Source of the DNA: Phoronis australis | Taxonomy: Eukaryota; Animalia; Phoronida | Direction: 5' to 3' | Assembly: GCA_002633005.1 (NCBI GenBank) | Contig: NMRA01001137.1 | Coordinates: 1-50,543 of the forward strand | Length of the DNA stretch: 50,543 bases | Shown here: positions 12,771-23,586 of the stretch, piece by piece | Numbering within the stretch: the stretch's first letter is position 1 | Layout: every line of letters begins with the position of its first letter | The notes under the pieces: model-generated | Databases searched by the model: none | Told to the model about the DNA's origin: nothing | Seen by the model: the letters and a program-made list of their open reading frames with translations, nothing else | Position numbers and translations under genes: made by a program

Positions 12771-13569
12771 CTTCTGTGAAATATTTATTTGTAGAGCTGT
12801 GACCCTGAAATTCCCAATACAACATAAAATATTTATTATTCTTGTTATTTTATTTGTCCCCAATAATCGACTTTTTGGTTCAATTAAACATGACCGGAAT
12901 AAATCTTACAATACAATACAGGTACTCCAGTAATTTTGACCGTGCTCCTGTCGTTCGTGTGACATCAAGAAACAATGATTTGTAAGTATGTCAGTTTTCA
13001 TTTTCAATAAACATTTCAGTGTAAATAATTAGTTGAAAATCAATTTATTTTCAAGACTAATTAATACGCGGACAACACTTGCTTGTATAAAACGTCATCG
13101 ACAAAATGACAAACAACCTAAGAAAAATATTCTGGGTATCCACATGGTTACACACGAACAATCTCATTTCAACTGCTACAATACATGATATTCCATACAC
13201 TACACATGTACTGAAAAGGATACTAGTGTTTGTGTAGTGCAACTCATAAGTGTAGCAACCGTTGCTTCACAATTATTAAACTTTAGCAACGTTTGCCAAA
13301 ACACATTTGGATGTTAGCGAGAGATGCAGTGCTTTACTTCTTTTCGAAGTCTTGGATACTTTTATAGTTACGAATATACGTTAGTAACAAAGTTGAGTAT
13401 TCTCTTAAACTTGAACTTAACATGCGAAACTAAAATCATTAGTTTTGTTTGACCTGACAAGACAATAAGGATGTCGGACAAGAGGTGCAGAACAGTGAAT
13501 TCGAACAAAACATTTGGAAGTTTTACAGACCTGCTCGAAATAAATTTTACGATGAGTAAATGCCTCTTA

Positions 13570-13816
13570 AGAGGAGGCAGTGTGGCCTGGTTGATGAGTG
13601 CCCGCTTTCTTTACTCGAGGTCGTGGGTTCCAGTCCCACCAGGTCACACTGCTAAACCCTTAAGCCAGGTTTCTAGCTCCTCTGCTCGGTTTTAACCACA
13701 TATTAATAAAGCATAAAAATATTTTCAGGTGATCAGTGCAATGGGCCCACATGCGAGGCCTGCGCACGTCTGGTACAACATGCATCAGACCGCCTGCAAT
13801 TATTTTTATTATTTTT
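13570..13816 (+). mobile_element. tRNA-derived SINE, copy 1
   Basis: Pol III A-box TGGCCTGGTTG, B-box GGTTCCAGTCC, T-rich (TTA-like) tail, 13-bp TSD TAAATGCCTCTTA (13557-13569 / 13817-13829). Close inverted copy at 46526-46767. Confidence 0.9.
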
Positions 13817-16163
13817 TAAATGCCTCTTACATTGTTCAGAACACTGTTCGTAAATGTGCACATAGCTTTTAAAAGCTGTCGCAATGATTGAAATTTTTGA
13901 ATTTTCATCCTCCACTAATGTGTTTTTGCTGAAAAGCTTTCGACGGCTTTGTGTTGCTAATTTTTAAACTTGCGGAGTTTCGGGTTACGAATCTCAGAAA
14001 ATCGGACGATATCCGGTGTATATGAATTTTCCACCGCGATGGCTACACACCGCGTGATGAAGCACGGCACGTAAAATTATGTACTATTTCTCGAATGTAG
14101 CATATAAAAACGAAGACCGAATGCATGAAGCTGTATTTGAATTCATCTTGTTACTGTACCGTCAAAACTGAGACCCAGAAGAACTAATGGTTGCTATCAC
14201 CAATGCCTCGATTCTAAATGCTTCATGAGTGAATATTAAAGCAAGCAACAATTATTTCTACTTACCTTAATGTCTTTTAGGCGTGGCTGCTCACATTTAA
14301 TGTGCTACACTATTCATGCCTGGACTGCAAGACTTGAGCCAGCGCGTTTCTTCAGGGCGCGTTATTGGCTGGCAAACGCGGACAGACAATTAATGCCTTG
14401 GCAAAGTATCAAGTTATTGGTGGCACATTTTCTTCGAAATATCGTTTGTATAGTATATTGCAAGAAATGAATATAATCATTCATGGTCCATCATCTTGAA
14501 TATTTGGTTAGGCAGAGTCAACAAATCAGATCTGAATAGCGTTTCCTGTGCAATGAACCGGTGAGTGGGTTTGGGAATAAAGATGTTGTTGGCAAAATGC
14601 ACACACTATTTACTTTAAAATGATGACACCATTTATTGTATTTTTTTATAGACGTGTGTAGTGTCTACATGAAAACAAGTGTTCAATACATGCAAAAGTT
14701 TGTGATTCTACTTGAGCTAATCACACACTCTTAACAAAGTAAACATTTCAGGCGTCAGTTTCAAATTTTGTACAAATATTTTGCGAATTTGTTTTTTTTT
14801 TGTACCAAGTTATTTGACGAAACACTGAAACAGCTTGTTAAAAGGGCAATAATCCCATGTATTTTGTTTTAAACCAACTTTTTGCTTAGGAGACTCACCA
14901 GCACATGATTGATTCCATCTTGTTCCTAACCCGATTAGAAATGACCACTATGCTTGTGAAGAACTGTTTAAGATCTGACCAGTTCAGTTGCCTGGCTGCT
15001 TAATTTTCTGCAGTATGATCGTCCATTCTGGGTTCCACTGTTCAGATGTCATAAGGGGTAATAAAACAATTACTTCTCAGCCAGTACCGTCAGCACTTTG
15101 TTACGCTGTGTTTAATTACGCAGCCCAACTGGGGCATTTGTATGACTGCTTTCACTGACCTTGCTTGCCAATTTTAAAAAGCACAGATGATTTACAACCG
15201 TCCGCAAAATTCCAAGCCACTATGCGAACTAGTTATCAAGGCCCACAATGCAACGGTAATCATTTCAGTATCCTATCAATGGATGCAAACGTGATATAGT
15301 TGTTTTGGAGCCACAGATACCCGAGTAAAGAAAGTTGATGTTTTGAACACCAAAACAAGGCTGATGTTACCATTTGTAAGTATCGGGAAATTGTAATAGA
15401 TAATACCTTTAAATGTTATTAATAACTTGTTATGAAAGGTAACAGGCTACCTTCATTCTTGCAAAACAACAACTTTAAAATAACAATACTCGACTTACAA
15501 AACTGCATATTTCTATTTGATTGATGATAACAGTGTCTTATTCTATATTAAAATAATGTCGAGATGTTCGTAATCATGTGATTGCGTTTTTTTTTCTAAA
15601 CATTCGTGATTAATTTTCCACGGAGATTGCAGTAATTCCCGCAAACATTATTTTACCCTGTTGATTCTTTATTCGACATTGATAAATTATGTTACTTTAT
15701 CTCTAACTTCTACGGTTCCGGCTTATATTGTACAACAGATTACACTAATTTAAATTTCTTCAAGACACCACAGGTATTTTGTACTAATATTAAAACCATG
15801 GGAAACAGTAAGTAGCCCAGAATGGCATTGTATGTACAACACGTTGTCTTTTTAAATGTAAACAGTAATGGGAGACACCAATATTCTGTTTATAAAAGCT
15901 TTGTTTTCAACACCACGTACTTATAGAAAACTTGATATGAACAGAGACTTCACACAGTCGGAACCTTCTGTCGATTCCAAAATGGCGACCTTTTACAATC
16001 ATCAGATCGTGACTAGGCCCGTTAGTCTTGCCACAACGCTAATAAATACATGACTCTCTAGACTAAAATTAAACACTTGCGTGTCTGAGAGTTTTTAAAG
16101 GGAATATTACCGGGTTTATTGGAGAAAAACACAACGAATATTGTTGGATAGGATAAACTATTT

Positions 16164-16232
16164 CATGGGCGGCGCAGCACTGAAAAAAGTGGAGGGCTAT
16201 AGCCCCCAGCCCCATTTGGTGCGCCGCCCATG
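16164..16232. mobile_element. 69-bp MITE with CATGGGCGGCGCA TIRs and 5-bp TSD
   Basis: Perfect 13-bp TIR. TATTT on both flanks. Confidence 0.75.
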
Positions 16233-16564
16233 TATTTGAAGTTATTAGCTGTGATCAGAGGTAGAAAAACAACATTCGTGATTCGAATCAAATCTCCAAT
16301 TCTCGCCATTGTCTGCTAGAAATGAAGTCCGGTGACTTTAACATTTTAAAATACGTTAAAGTATTCTGCTGCTTATCGAGTATCCGCATTTCTAGATACA
16401 GGAGTACCTTTAAGTACGTAGTTCTCTCTTCTATTCTTCTTAAATTCCTGTGGCGAGTGTGACAGTAATAACTTCAGTAATTCAGCCTATTGCGTTTTGA
16501 ATCTACCTTTTCACCGACTAGTTTTGATGAATTTAAACATCGATTCTCCAGAAATTTACAGCAG

Positions 16565-16683
16565 ACGATATCCTGTTGTTGTGCTATGGAGTGTTCAAAA
16601 AGATCGGAAACTAACCATGAGTTTCCATTTTACCGGTTTCATGTAAACGACAATGAGACAAGGAAACGGTTGCATTTTGTAAG
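16565..16683 (+). pseudogene. THAP zinc-finger exon remnant (transposon-derived)
   Basis: SCCCAMECSKRSETNHEFPFYRFHVNDNETRKRLHFVR resembles a THAP N-terminus (C-x4-C...FxRFP...R..W...R) with Pro and Trp lost. ACG where ATG is expected, followed by AG|GTAAG. No downstream CxxHF exon found. Confidence 0.5.
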
Positions 16684-16866
16684 GTAAGCAAAATAACTAT
16701 CCTAATTTGAAAGTAAAGTGTCATCAGTCGTAATATGCACCGCCTCACCCATCGTCACTGCCAAGGCAATTCGTTTTGCCAACTGTAAAGTTGTGCACCA
16801 GCGTGCGTGACCTTTGAGCAAAGGCACAATATACAAGGTGTCTCTAGTGGTACATAAATTCTCCAG

Positions 16867-17287
16867 TGCCCGGTTGCATGAAACAGTCCCAATTAGGGAC
16901 TCAACCAAGTTCCCTAAGTCTTTTGCTTATTTATGTCGTTTTTTACTCACAGATGTAATATCTTCTATAATTTTATCTTTATTATGAGCTCCTCTTTGAC
17001 TAATGGTATTTTCTAATTACTGAAAACTGAGTCCTTAATTAACTCAGAATAATTAGAAACTTAGTCCTTAAATTAGATGCGTTGCATGAAAAGATCCCTA
17101 CTTTGTTTCAATAATATTGAAAATTCAACTTATAGTTTCTTTTCGATTCTTATCAAAGTCAAAAATTGACTTGGTAATGAGATTTAAACAGCATAAGAAA
17201 GGGTAGTCGGTGTTAGCCCACAAATACGCATTAGATTTAGGGAACTTAAATGAGTCCCTATTTGGGACTATTTCATGCAACCGGGCA
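16867..17287. mobile_element. MITE with ~55-bp TIRs (TGCCCGGTTGCATGAAA...), possibly PIF/Harbinger-like
   Basis: Left end TGCCCGGTTGCATGAAACAGTCCCAATTAGGGACTCA mirrored by TGAGTCCCTATTTGGGACTATTTCATGCAACCGGGCA. Absent at the paralogous site (~48235). Confidence 0.8.
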
Positions 17288-17289
17288 GA

Positions 17290-18027
17290 GGCCCAGTTGC
17301 CTAAAAGTTATACGCTGCATAGTATGGTGGGCCGTTGAGGGGCAAGTGTCGCCGTAAAATTACTCTCGTAATTACGAGCGTAAATTAAATTGCAGGAGAG
17401 TCGCCGTACAATTACGCTCGTATATTAAATGGGGAAAAATTTCGCCGTAAAATTACGCTCGTAATTACGAGCATAAGTTAAATTGCAAAAGTGTTGCAGT
17501 AAAATTACGCCCGTAGATTAAATGGGGGAAATGTCGCTGTAAATTACGCTCGTAAAATACCTTAAGAACGTTCCAAATTTAAACCAATGTTGCTGGGCAG
17601 CTCGTTCTTGCACAATAGCTGACATGGCAGCAGCGATTTGATCCGCCGCGATTCAGCGATAGTATCGTAGACATGAAATCAGTCAGTAAATAACTATTTC
17701 CATGAGCGCGCACGATCGTGGATTGTAAAACCCAACGTCATTGGCTAAGAGTTGAAACTAAATTACGAGCGTAATTTTACGCCGTAAAGAATTAAATTAC
17801 GCTCGTAATCTTACGGCGTAATTAACGACATAAATAACGGCTTAATGTACACAATTACGCTCGTATTTTTCCGGCGACACTTTCCCCCCAACGGCCCATC
17901 ATAGCATAGCAACAATGACGTCTCATTATCACGCGCCACTTTATTCTAATTGAACAATGCAAATAACGTCTTGCAACAATCAAACATATCCAGCTGATAA
18001 TTTTGAAATTTTTTGCAACCTAGCCCA
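17290..18027. mobile_element. Short GGGCCCGGTTGCATAAA-TIR MITE interrupted by the 17323-17903 element
   Basis: Ends GGCCCAGTTGCCTAAAA / TTTTTGCAACCTAGCCC. Uninterrupted paralog at 48236-48367. Confidence 0.6.
17323..17903. mobile_element. MITE with 6-bp TSD and internal AATTACGCTCGTAA repeat arrays
   Basis: TIR TATGGTGGGCCGTTG...GTGTCGCCG / CGGCGACAC...CAACGGCCCATCATA. TSD GCATAG at 17317-17322 and 17904-17909. Absent from the paralogous block. Confidence 0.88.
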
Positions 18028-18294
18028 GAAATTTGAATGATGTCATCTAATGGGCAAAAATTTTACAAGCAGTTCACGTGGCTTAGAGGGAGGGCATTGC
18101 GAATGACTTTTTGTGAATAAGTGTACAGTCAGGGATCATTTAAGAAAATCGTAACTATTGGTCAAGTGTCCCGCAAGGATTCAAATCTGTAAGCCAATTT
18201 GGAGGGCCTATGGTCCACATTGATAATTTCTGTCCTTTGTCAATTCGAATTTTCACCGGTGTACATAACTGTGCTGACGATCGAAGGTGCAGGA

Positions 18295-18527
18295 CATGTG
18301 CGCACCCAGCCTAAGATATAGGGAGCTCGAATTTTTCAGTATGTGGACCTTTTACTGAAAAAAATTGCGGGACAAAAAAAAAACAAAAAACGAGGTACTA
18401 CGTTGAGACCTGTGAATTGTGCATTCGCACCGGATTCTAGTTTGCTCTGAATTTCTGTTTCTCTGAGGCAGACCTTTGTGTCCACTTCGCCACATGTGCA
18501 AGGGTGCTCCCCCTGGGTGCGCGCAAG
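18295..18527. mobile_element. MITE with CATGTGCGCACCCAG TIR and 5-bp TSD
   Basis: Right end CTGGGTGCGCGCAAG. CAGGA on both flanks. Empty site in the paralog at ~48670. Confidence 0.8.
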
Positions 18528-19020
18528 CAGGAGGAATGTCCTAACTCAAGAAAAAAAGGGGGGGGCAAAGTTCTAAGTTTCAGCCTGCCAACTATTTATA
18601 TAGCGTACATTTGGCGAGGGTTAAGGATAGTGATGTTGGATGTTCTTTATTTTCAGCTAAGACAACTTCACATACAAAGCAAACACATGGGTGCGCAATC
18701 GGCACTTCCCTACAGTCAAGTGGGATTGGTCCTCCAGATTCTTAAGAAACTTCACGTTGTTACTCTACAACTTTAATGAGAAAGATAAAAATGAAACACT
18801 GGTTTAGGGTAGTCACTGATGAGCCTCAACCCATTACACCGAGGGAAAAATCAACCAAGCACAGCCTGCAGTCAGCATTGATCATAACATGTAGTTATTT
18901 ACTAAATTACGCAAAAATATTGTTTCAAACAAAGATATCACTCCAAACAACAAATTCCGCTTGAAACAACGGATATCACGCTGCATACAAAAACTGATCG
19001 AAACAGTGCACAAGTAAAAC

Positions 19021-19510
19021 TTTGAATAATGGCGGCCTTAATTTGCATTAATTATACAAATTTGCGTTAAAAATGCAAAGATTTCATACAACAACATGCA
19101 AACTGGTTTCATTAAACTAATTAACCAGAAGAATATAGGTGCAAATATCTTGGTAGTTCACCTGTGGTGCCTGGTAAGTAGCTATATTTACACGAAGAAT
19201 TTTGAATAATGGCGGTCTTAATTTGCATAAATAATGCAAATTGACTATATATCCACCAAAAAATTTCACTACTAATTTCGGTGACCATGGAAACATGGGT
19301 GAAAACGTCAAAATAATCTGCCTGAAGTGCTTGGTAAGGAAAAATAAAAGTTTGCATAATGGCGACCATAATTTGCATATTTAAGAATAATGCTCAAGTG
19401 TTGCGAACGGTCACCTCCTTAAATCGTGGTTGCTTAGACCTAGGCTACATGAAAGAGCAAAGAAAAGAACTTTCGGCAAATCCAGATTCAACCCCATGGC
19501 TCCCGGACTA
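19021..19510. repeat. Degenerate repeat element with three ATAATGGCGG..TAATTTGCAT cores
   Basis: Cores at ~19026, 19206 and 19356. Probably a non-autonomous element, family unknown. Confidence 0.5.
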
Positions 19511-21604
19511 ATGATGAGTAAGTCTATATTCATTACAAAATTGGGCTGTGCCGCGGCTGTGTGTGCCTCGTCAATAGATTTCTAAACAGGTTGCGGTACA
19601 TAAAATCCTTGAATATCCAGTCAGGAACACTGATATAGCTTCGTTTGTGCGGAGGAAAATTATCTCATTAGAGATGACTTCGCGGCAATAACATACTGAC
19701 TGATTTAAATTAAACTATTGTGGTCTAAAACTCTTTTTTTTACCTGTTTTACTCCTAAAGCTGAAGTCCACGAGAAAAATTATGTTGGAATCGTGGTTTT
19801 ATGAATACATGATAGATATTATTAAAAAATGATGTCTTCGTTTATGTTTTCTGACGAACGAGGGACGTAACCGGGTGTATGACGTGTGAGTTCTACCATT
19901 AAAAAAGATCGAAAGATGCTTCATATCAGAGTACTTATTATCTATAATCTTGGAAACCAGTTTCCTTTGGAACTGAAACTATACGGGAGTAGTTTGACAC
20001 GATTAGCTCCAAAATTACGCCCAACATCGTTAAAGAGCATTGACAACGACTGCTACCTGCAGCTTGCACCGACATAAAAGACTATTGTCTACATTGATAA
20101 GAGCATCGATAAATTACTTTGTATTGCTCTGTACATGATCTTAGAAGGCATTTACAAGACGACTGATACTTGAATTGGCTCACGGATTAGGAGATTTTAT
20201 TCGGGTCTGAACATACGCGACCATGTCTGACTAAAATTCAAACTTTTACCAGCAAAAATACCACCCAATTTCTGAATACATGTAGTTTGTATGTTCCAAA
20301 GGTTCGTTTTTCTTGTGAGACGAAACCTCAGGTATACCTCTTCCTGCTTAGTCTCTTAGGAGTATCTCTGCCATACAAAATCATGTGATGTGTTAGTTAA
20401 TTTTGTTAAATCCTACTAACGTAATCTGACATAATTCACAATATGACTTCGAATGGAGCGCTGCAGTAGGCCTGCATGTACCTGTATGATTGTATAAGAT
20501 GCTTTAGAGTCAAAGCTAATGCTTTTCGACTTCTCTATTTTTCATGTACATCTGGAACGTACGCATTTTCCCAGTGCCATGCTCATAGCCGTAACAGTAA
20601 ACGAAAGGGAGTTGTATAATCACATTTATTTAAGGTTACTTAGGACAAACAAAGTAAGGGACAAAATGTAAAAGACTCGACAGACCATAGTTCAGGCCTG
20701 TAATAGGAAAATAGCAAACGACATTGAAACACCGTCCTAAAATTAACACACTCTATGAAAGAAGGTATCGACAAACACGCATATACACGCAAGCACGCAC
20801 ACGCGTCAAATTCCAAACAGCTGTCAAGCCTTTAGGCTACGTGGTCCACTCAACACTGAAATGCAAACAAATGTTCTTTGCTATGTCAACAACTGTCCCA
20901 ATAAAGGAGATATGAATTTTAATCGAATACAGCAACTTCTAACAATCCTAAAACATCTATCGACAAAGCAAATCCCGCGAGTGGGTGGTACACCTGGCGG
21001 AGACGAATTGCAAATTTATCCAAATTTTACCCAACAGTGAATGAATATTAATGCGCAGCAGCTTTAAACACTCATAATTAATGATTACAAACGACTGTAC
21101 TACTTTCGAGCACTTTTTGAATTTCCAATTTTGTAGACGTAGAGGAAAAGTATCCATGAGGAAACGTATTATCCGAATGTCAACAATTTACGACAGTTAT
21201 TTGTGGAATATTTTCACACGAAAATCCATAACGTCTCTACCGAAGACAGGTGCACAAATACAGCGGCCATGTACGGTTGGAAGTCCAGGAGACGCTGTTC
21301 CTCTTCTGTGCGGAGCTGGATCACTTCTTTTATAATGTTACCAGAATTTATCCGTGTTCATGTGACTTTAGGCGTTGTATAAAACGATCCAAATTTCAAT
21401 CCCGTTAATTTTGGAAAAGAAATCTGCTGGATTTTTTGTTTTCGACCGTAAGTAAAAATGATTTTTTCAATTTATCCATTTCCCGCTTGAATAGTAGACA
21501 CATCATTTACAAACTTTGTATTATGAATCTAGTTCCACAGTTTTCGTTTAGTTTAAATACTGTGGACACGTGTTGTCCGTGTTTTTCATTTGTACCAAAT
21601 ATTT

Positions 21605-21967
21605 TTATTGCAAATCTATGAGGAGAAATTGCCTGTCGGTCTCCGCCTGACACGCCTCAGGCTCAAACGTTACTCCATATTTTTCAAGAAACGCCTTTAC
21701 AGCATCCAAAATATTCTTGGTCACCATCATCACCTGTTGCTCTTGCTCCTCTTTGAAACAATCGTTGGGAACTCCAAGGCTTCTCACATCCGGGTACAAG
21801 AGTCTAGTTGAGTTACCCAAGAGGCGATGAAGGTCCACGGCATAACCTCGAAGCACATCAGCAGAGGCCATGTCAAGCGTGCAGGCAACAGCATTCAAGT
21901 CAGTTGTGACAGCTTTCAGGTTTGCATCCACCGCAAACTGGGCGGCTTTCAAAGCTTTCTCTGCTGA
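21605..21967 (-). CDS. SACS: Sacsin-like gene B, terminal exon 7 (HEPN C-terminal part)
   Basis: AG acceptor, phase 0. SAEKALKAAQFAVD...LLYPDVRSLGVPNDCF...stop aligns to sacsin HEPN (KLALIAADYAV...TRYPD...IPNDRF). Confidence 0.9.
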   Translation of the reverse strand, partial: SAEKALKAAQFAVDANLKAVTTDLNAVACTLDMASADVLRGYAVDLHRLLGNSTRLLYPDVRSLGVPNDCFKEEQEQQVMMVTKNILDAVKAFLEKYGVTFEPEACQAETDRQFLLIDLQ

Positions 21968-23586
21968 CTGAAATTATACCGATAAAAGAAACCGACATCA
22001 GAAATGGGTCGTCACTACGAATTTGCCAGTAGCCGAAGGGAAATTAAAAAGACCGAAGACAGTTATGTAAACGACAATAAACCAGTCTGTAATCAAAAAA
22101 AAACAAAAAAAAAACAACGACACTGATATCAACTTGCTCGTTAGTCGAGCTGAATGCAATTCCAGAGCTACACAAGAATTGGACTGGAACGCGTAAACAG
22201 AATAAACTGCAAAATTGAAAGTGGTTCTCTGCCACTGAAAAAGAATTTGGCCTGCTCATTAGGTATTTATAGAGTTTGCTCGTAAAGATTACTAATTTCT
22301 GTTGATATCAAAAATTTTCTTTTAGTTTCGAATTTCAAAAAAACGATCTGTCAATAGCTCGCCACTTCATCGCTTTTTCCCATAAGGAAAAGCACGTCCC
22401 CTTGTTTGGTACGGCAAGACATAGAAGTAGCATATTTCTCTTACATGGAAAACGTTACGTTTGACCTCAAACGACTTCATGCAACTGACTGTGAGTTCAT
22501 GCGCGCATTTATTATAAGTGAAACGGAGATTAGAAACTCTGTGGTAACCCGAGAGTTTTTCCTTCGCGCGTATTTCAAAAATCGTGAATTTTGTGATTTT
22601 TTCTGGAAATTTCCTCACACAGGAAAGTGAATTACTCTGCACTAGACGTTGCGAGGTGATACTATCGTCATGTTATATTTTTGGTGAGCTTTCGCGTTCC
22701 ATGTCTGTTTAATTATGTAAGACGAACAAAAATATCTACGTGGATTTACATAGTCGTTTTCGCTTTCAGGCGAAACACTTGAGCAATAATTTAAAAACAT
22801 GTGATATCGGGTATTTGCGCGTGAGAGCGGCAAGTGTCCTAAATAAAAAGTTATCCTTTTGCAGAAGACGGGTTTATTGAAAACGTTTACCGTTTTTGGG
22901 TAAGCCAACCTCCACCCACAGTCTTAACAACATGGAGCGTTAATATGCACCCACCATAAAGCATCGAGTAGAGCGCAAATATAAGCGATGATCTCTATGT
23001 TAAAAAATCCACTGAAGCGTGAAATGGGCTCTAGGGCAGTAAAGCAAGTCAGTAGTAATGCTCTCCTTACTAGAAAGGCGACTGCCAATTTTCGTCATGA
23101 TTTTTACGCAGTTTGGAAAATAGGGAGACAGGCAACAAAGAACTTAAAAAAACATTAAAAAGGATACAATAGGTGGCAAAACGTAAGTCAAATCCATCTA
23201 AAACAAGGCTTGTCTTGTTGTCTACGTGATGGTACTAACAAATTTTATGTACACCCAGGAACTTGGTAGATATCAAGACAGACACACATCAAAGCAAAAC
23301 TGCCGCTAGGGGACTCCGCAGTAGTCAGATTTGACCCCAAATTAACATTAATTTGCACTCTCCTCAATTACAAGAGCAACGCGGAGCGTTGAAATGCGCT
23401 CACCAATGCACCACAAATGGTGTGCTTCTAGTGGTGTTTATTTGTACCATAAAATAGCAATTAGATGGCTCAAAAACATTGAACCCATCCAAAGATGGGA
23501 AGGTGTCGTCGCGTCGTCTCTCAAAATTATTTGTCAAATTTTATGAAAATCCGTCGAAGAACTCCAAAGATACAAAGGCAAACGTA

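Noticed and set aside
13572-13646. tRNA gene
   Set aside because: A and B boxes are present but there is no complete cloverleaf. It is the head of a SINE with tail and TSD (same for 46694-46767).
12920-16409. Possible Kolobok-like TIR pair AGGTACTCCAGTA / TACAGGAGTACCT
   Set aside because: Only 13 bp with one mismatch, and TTAA is present on the right flank only.
17323-17903. CRISPR-like repeat array
   Set aside because: Eukaryotic context, irregular spacing, both orientations, enclosed by TIRs and TSD, no cas genes.
18817-18850. Hammerhead core CTGATGAG-CCTC...GAGG-GAAA
   Set aside because: The C closing stem II is missing and no stems I or III could be paired.
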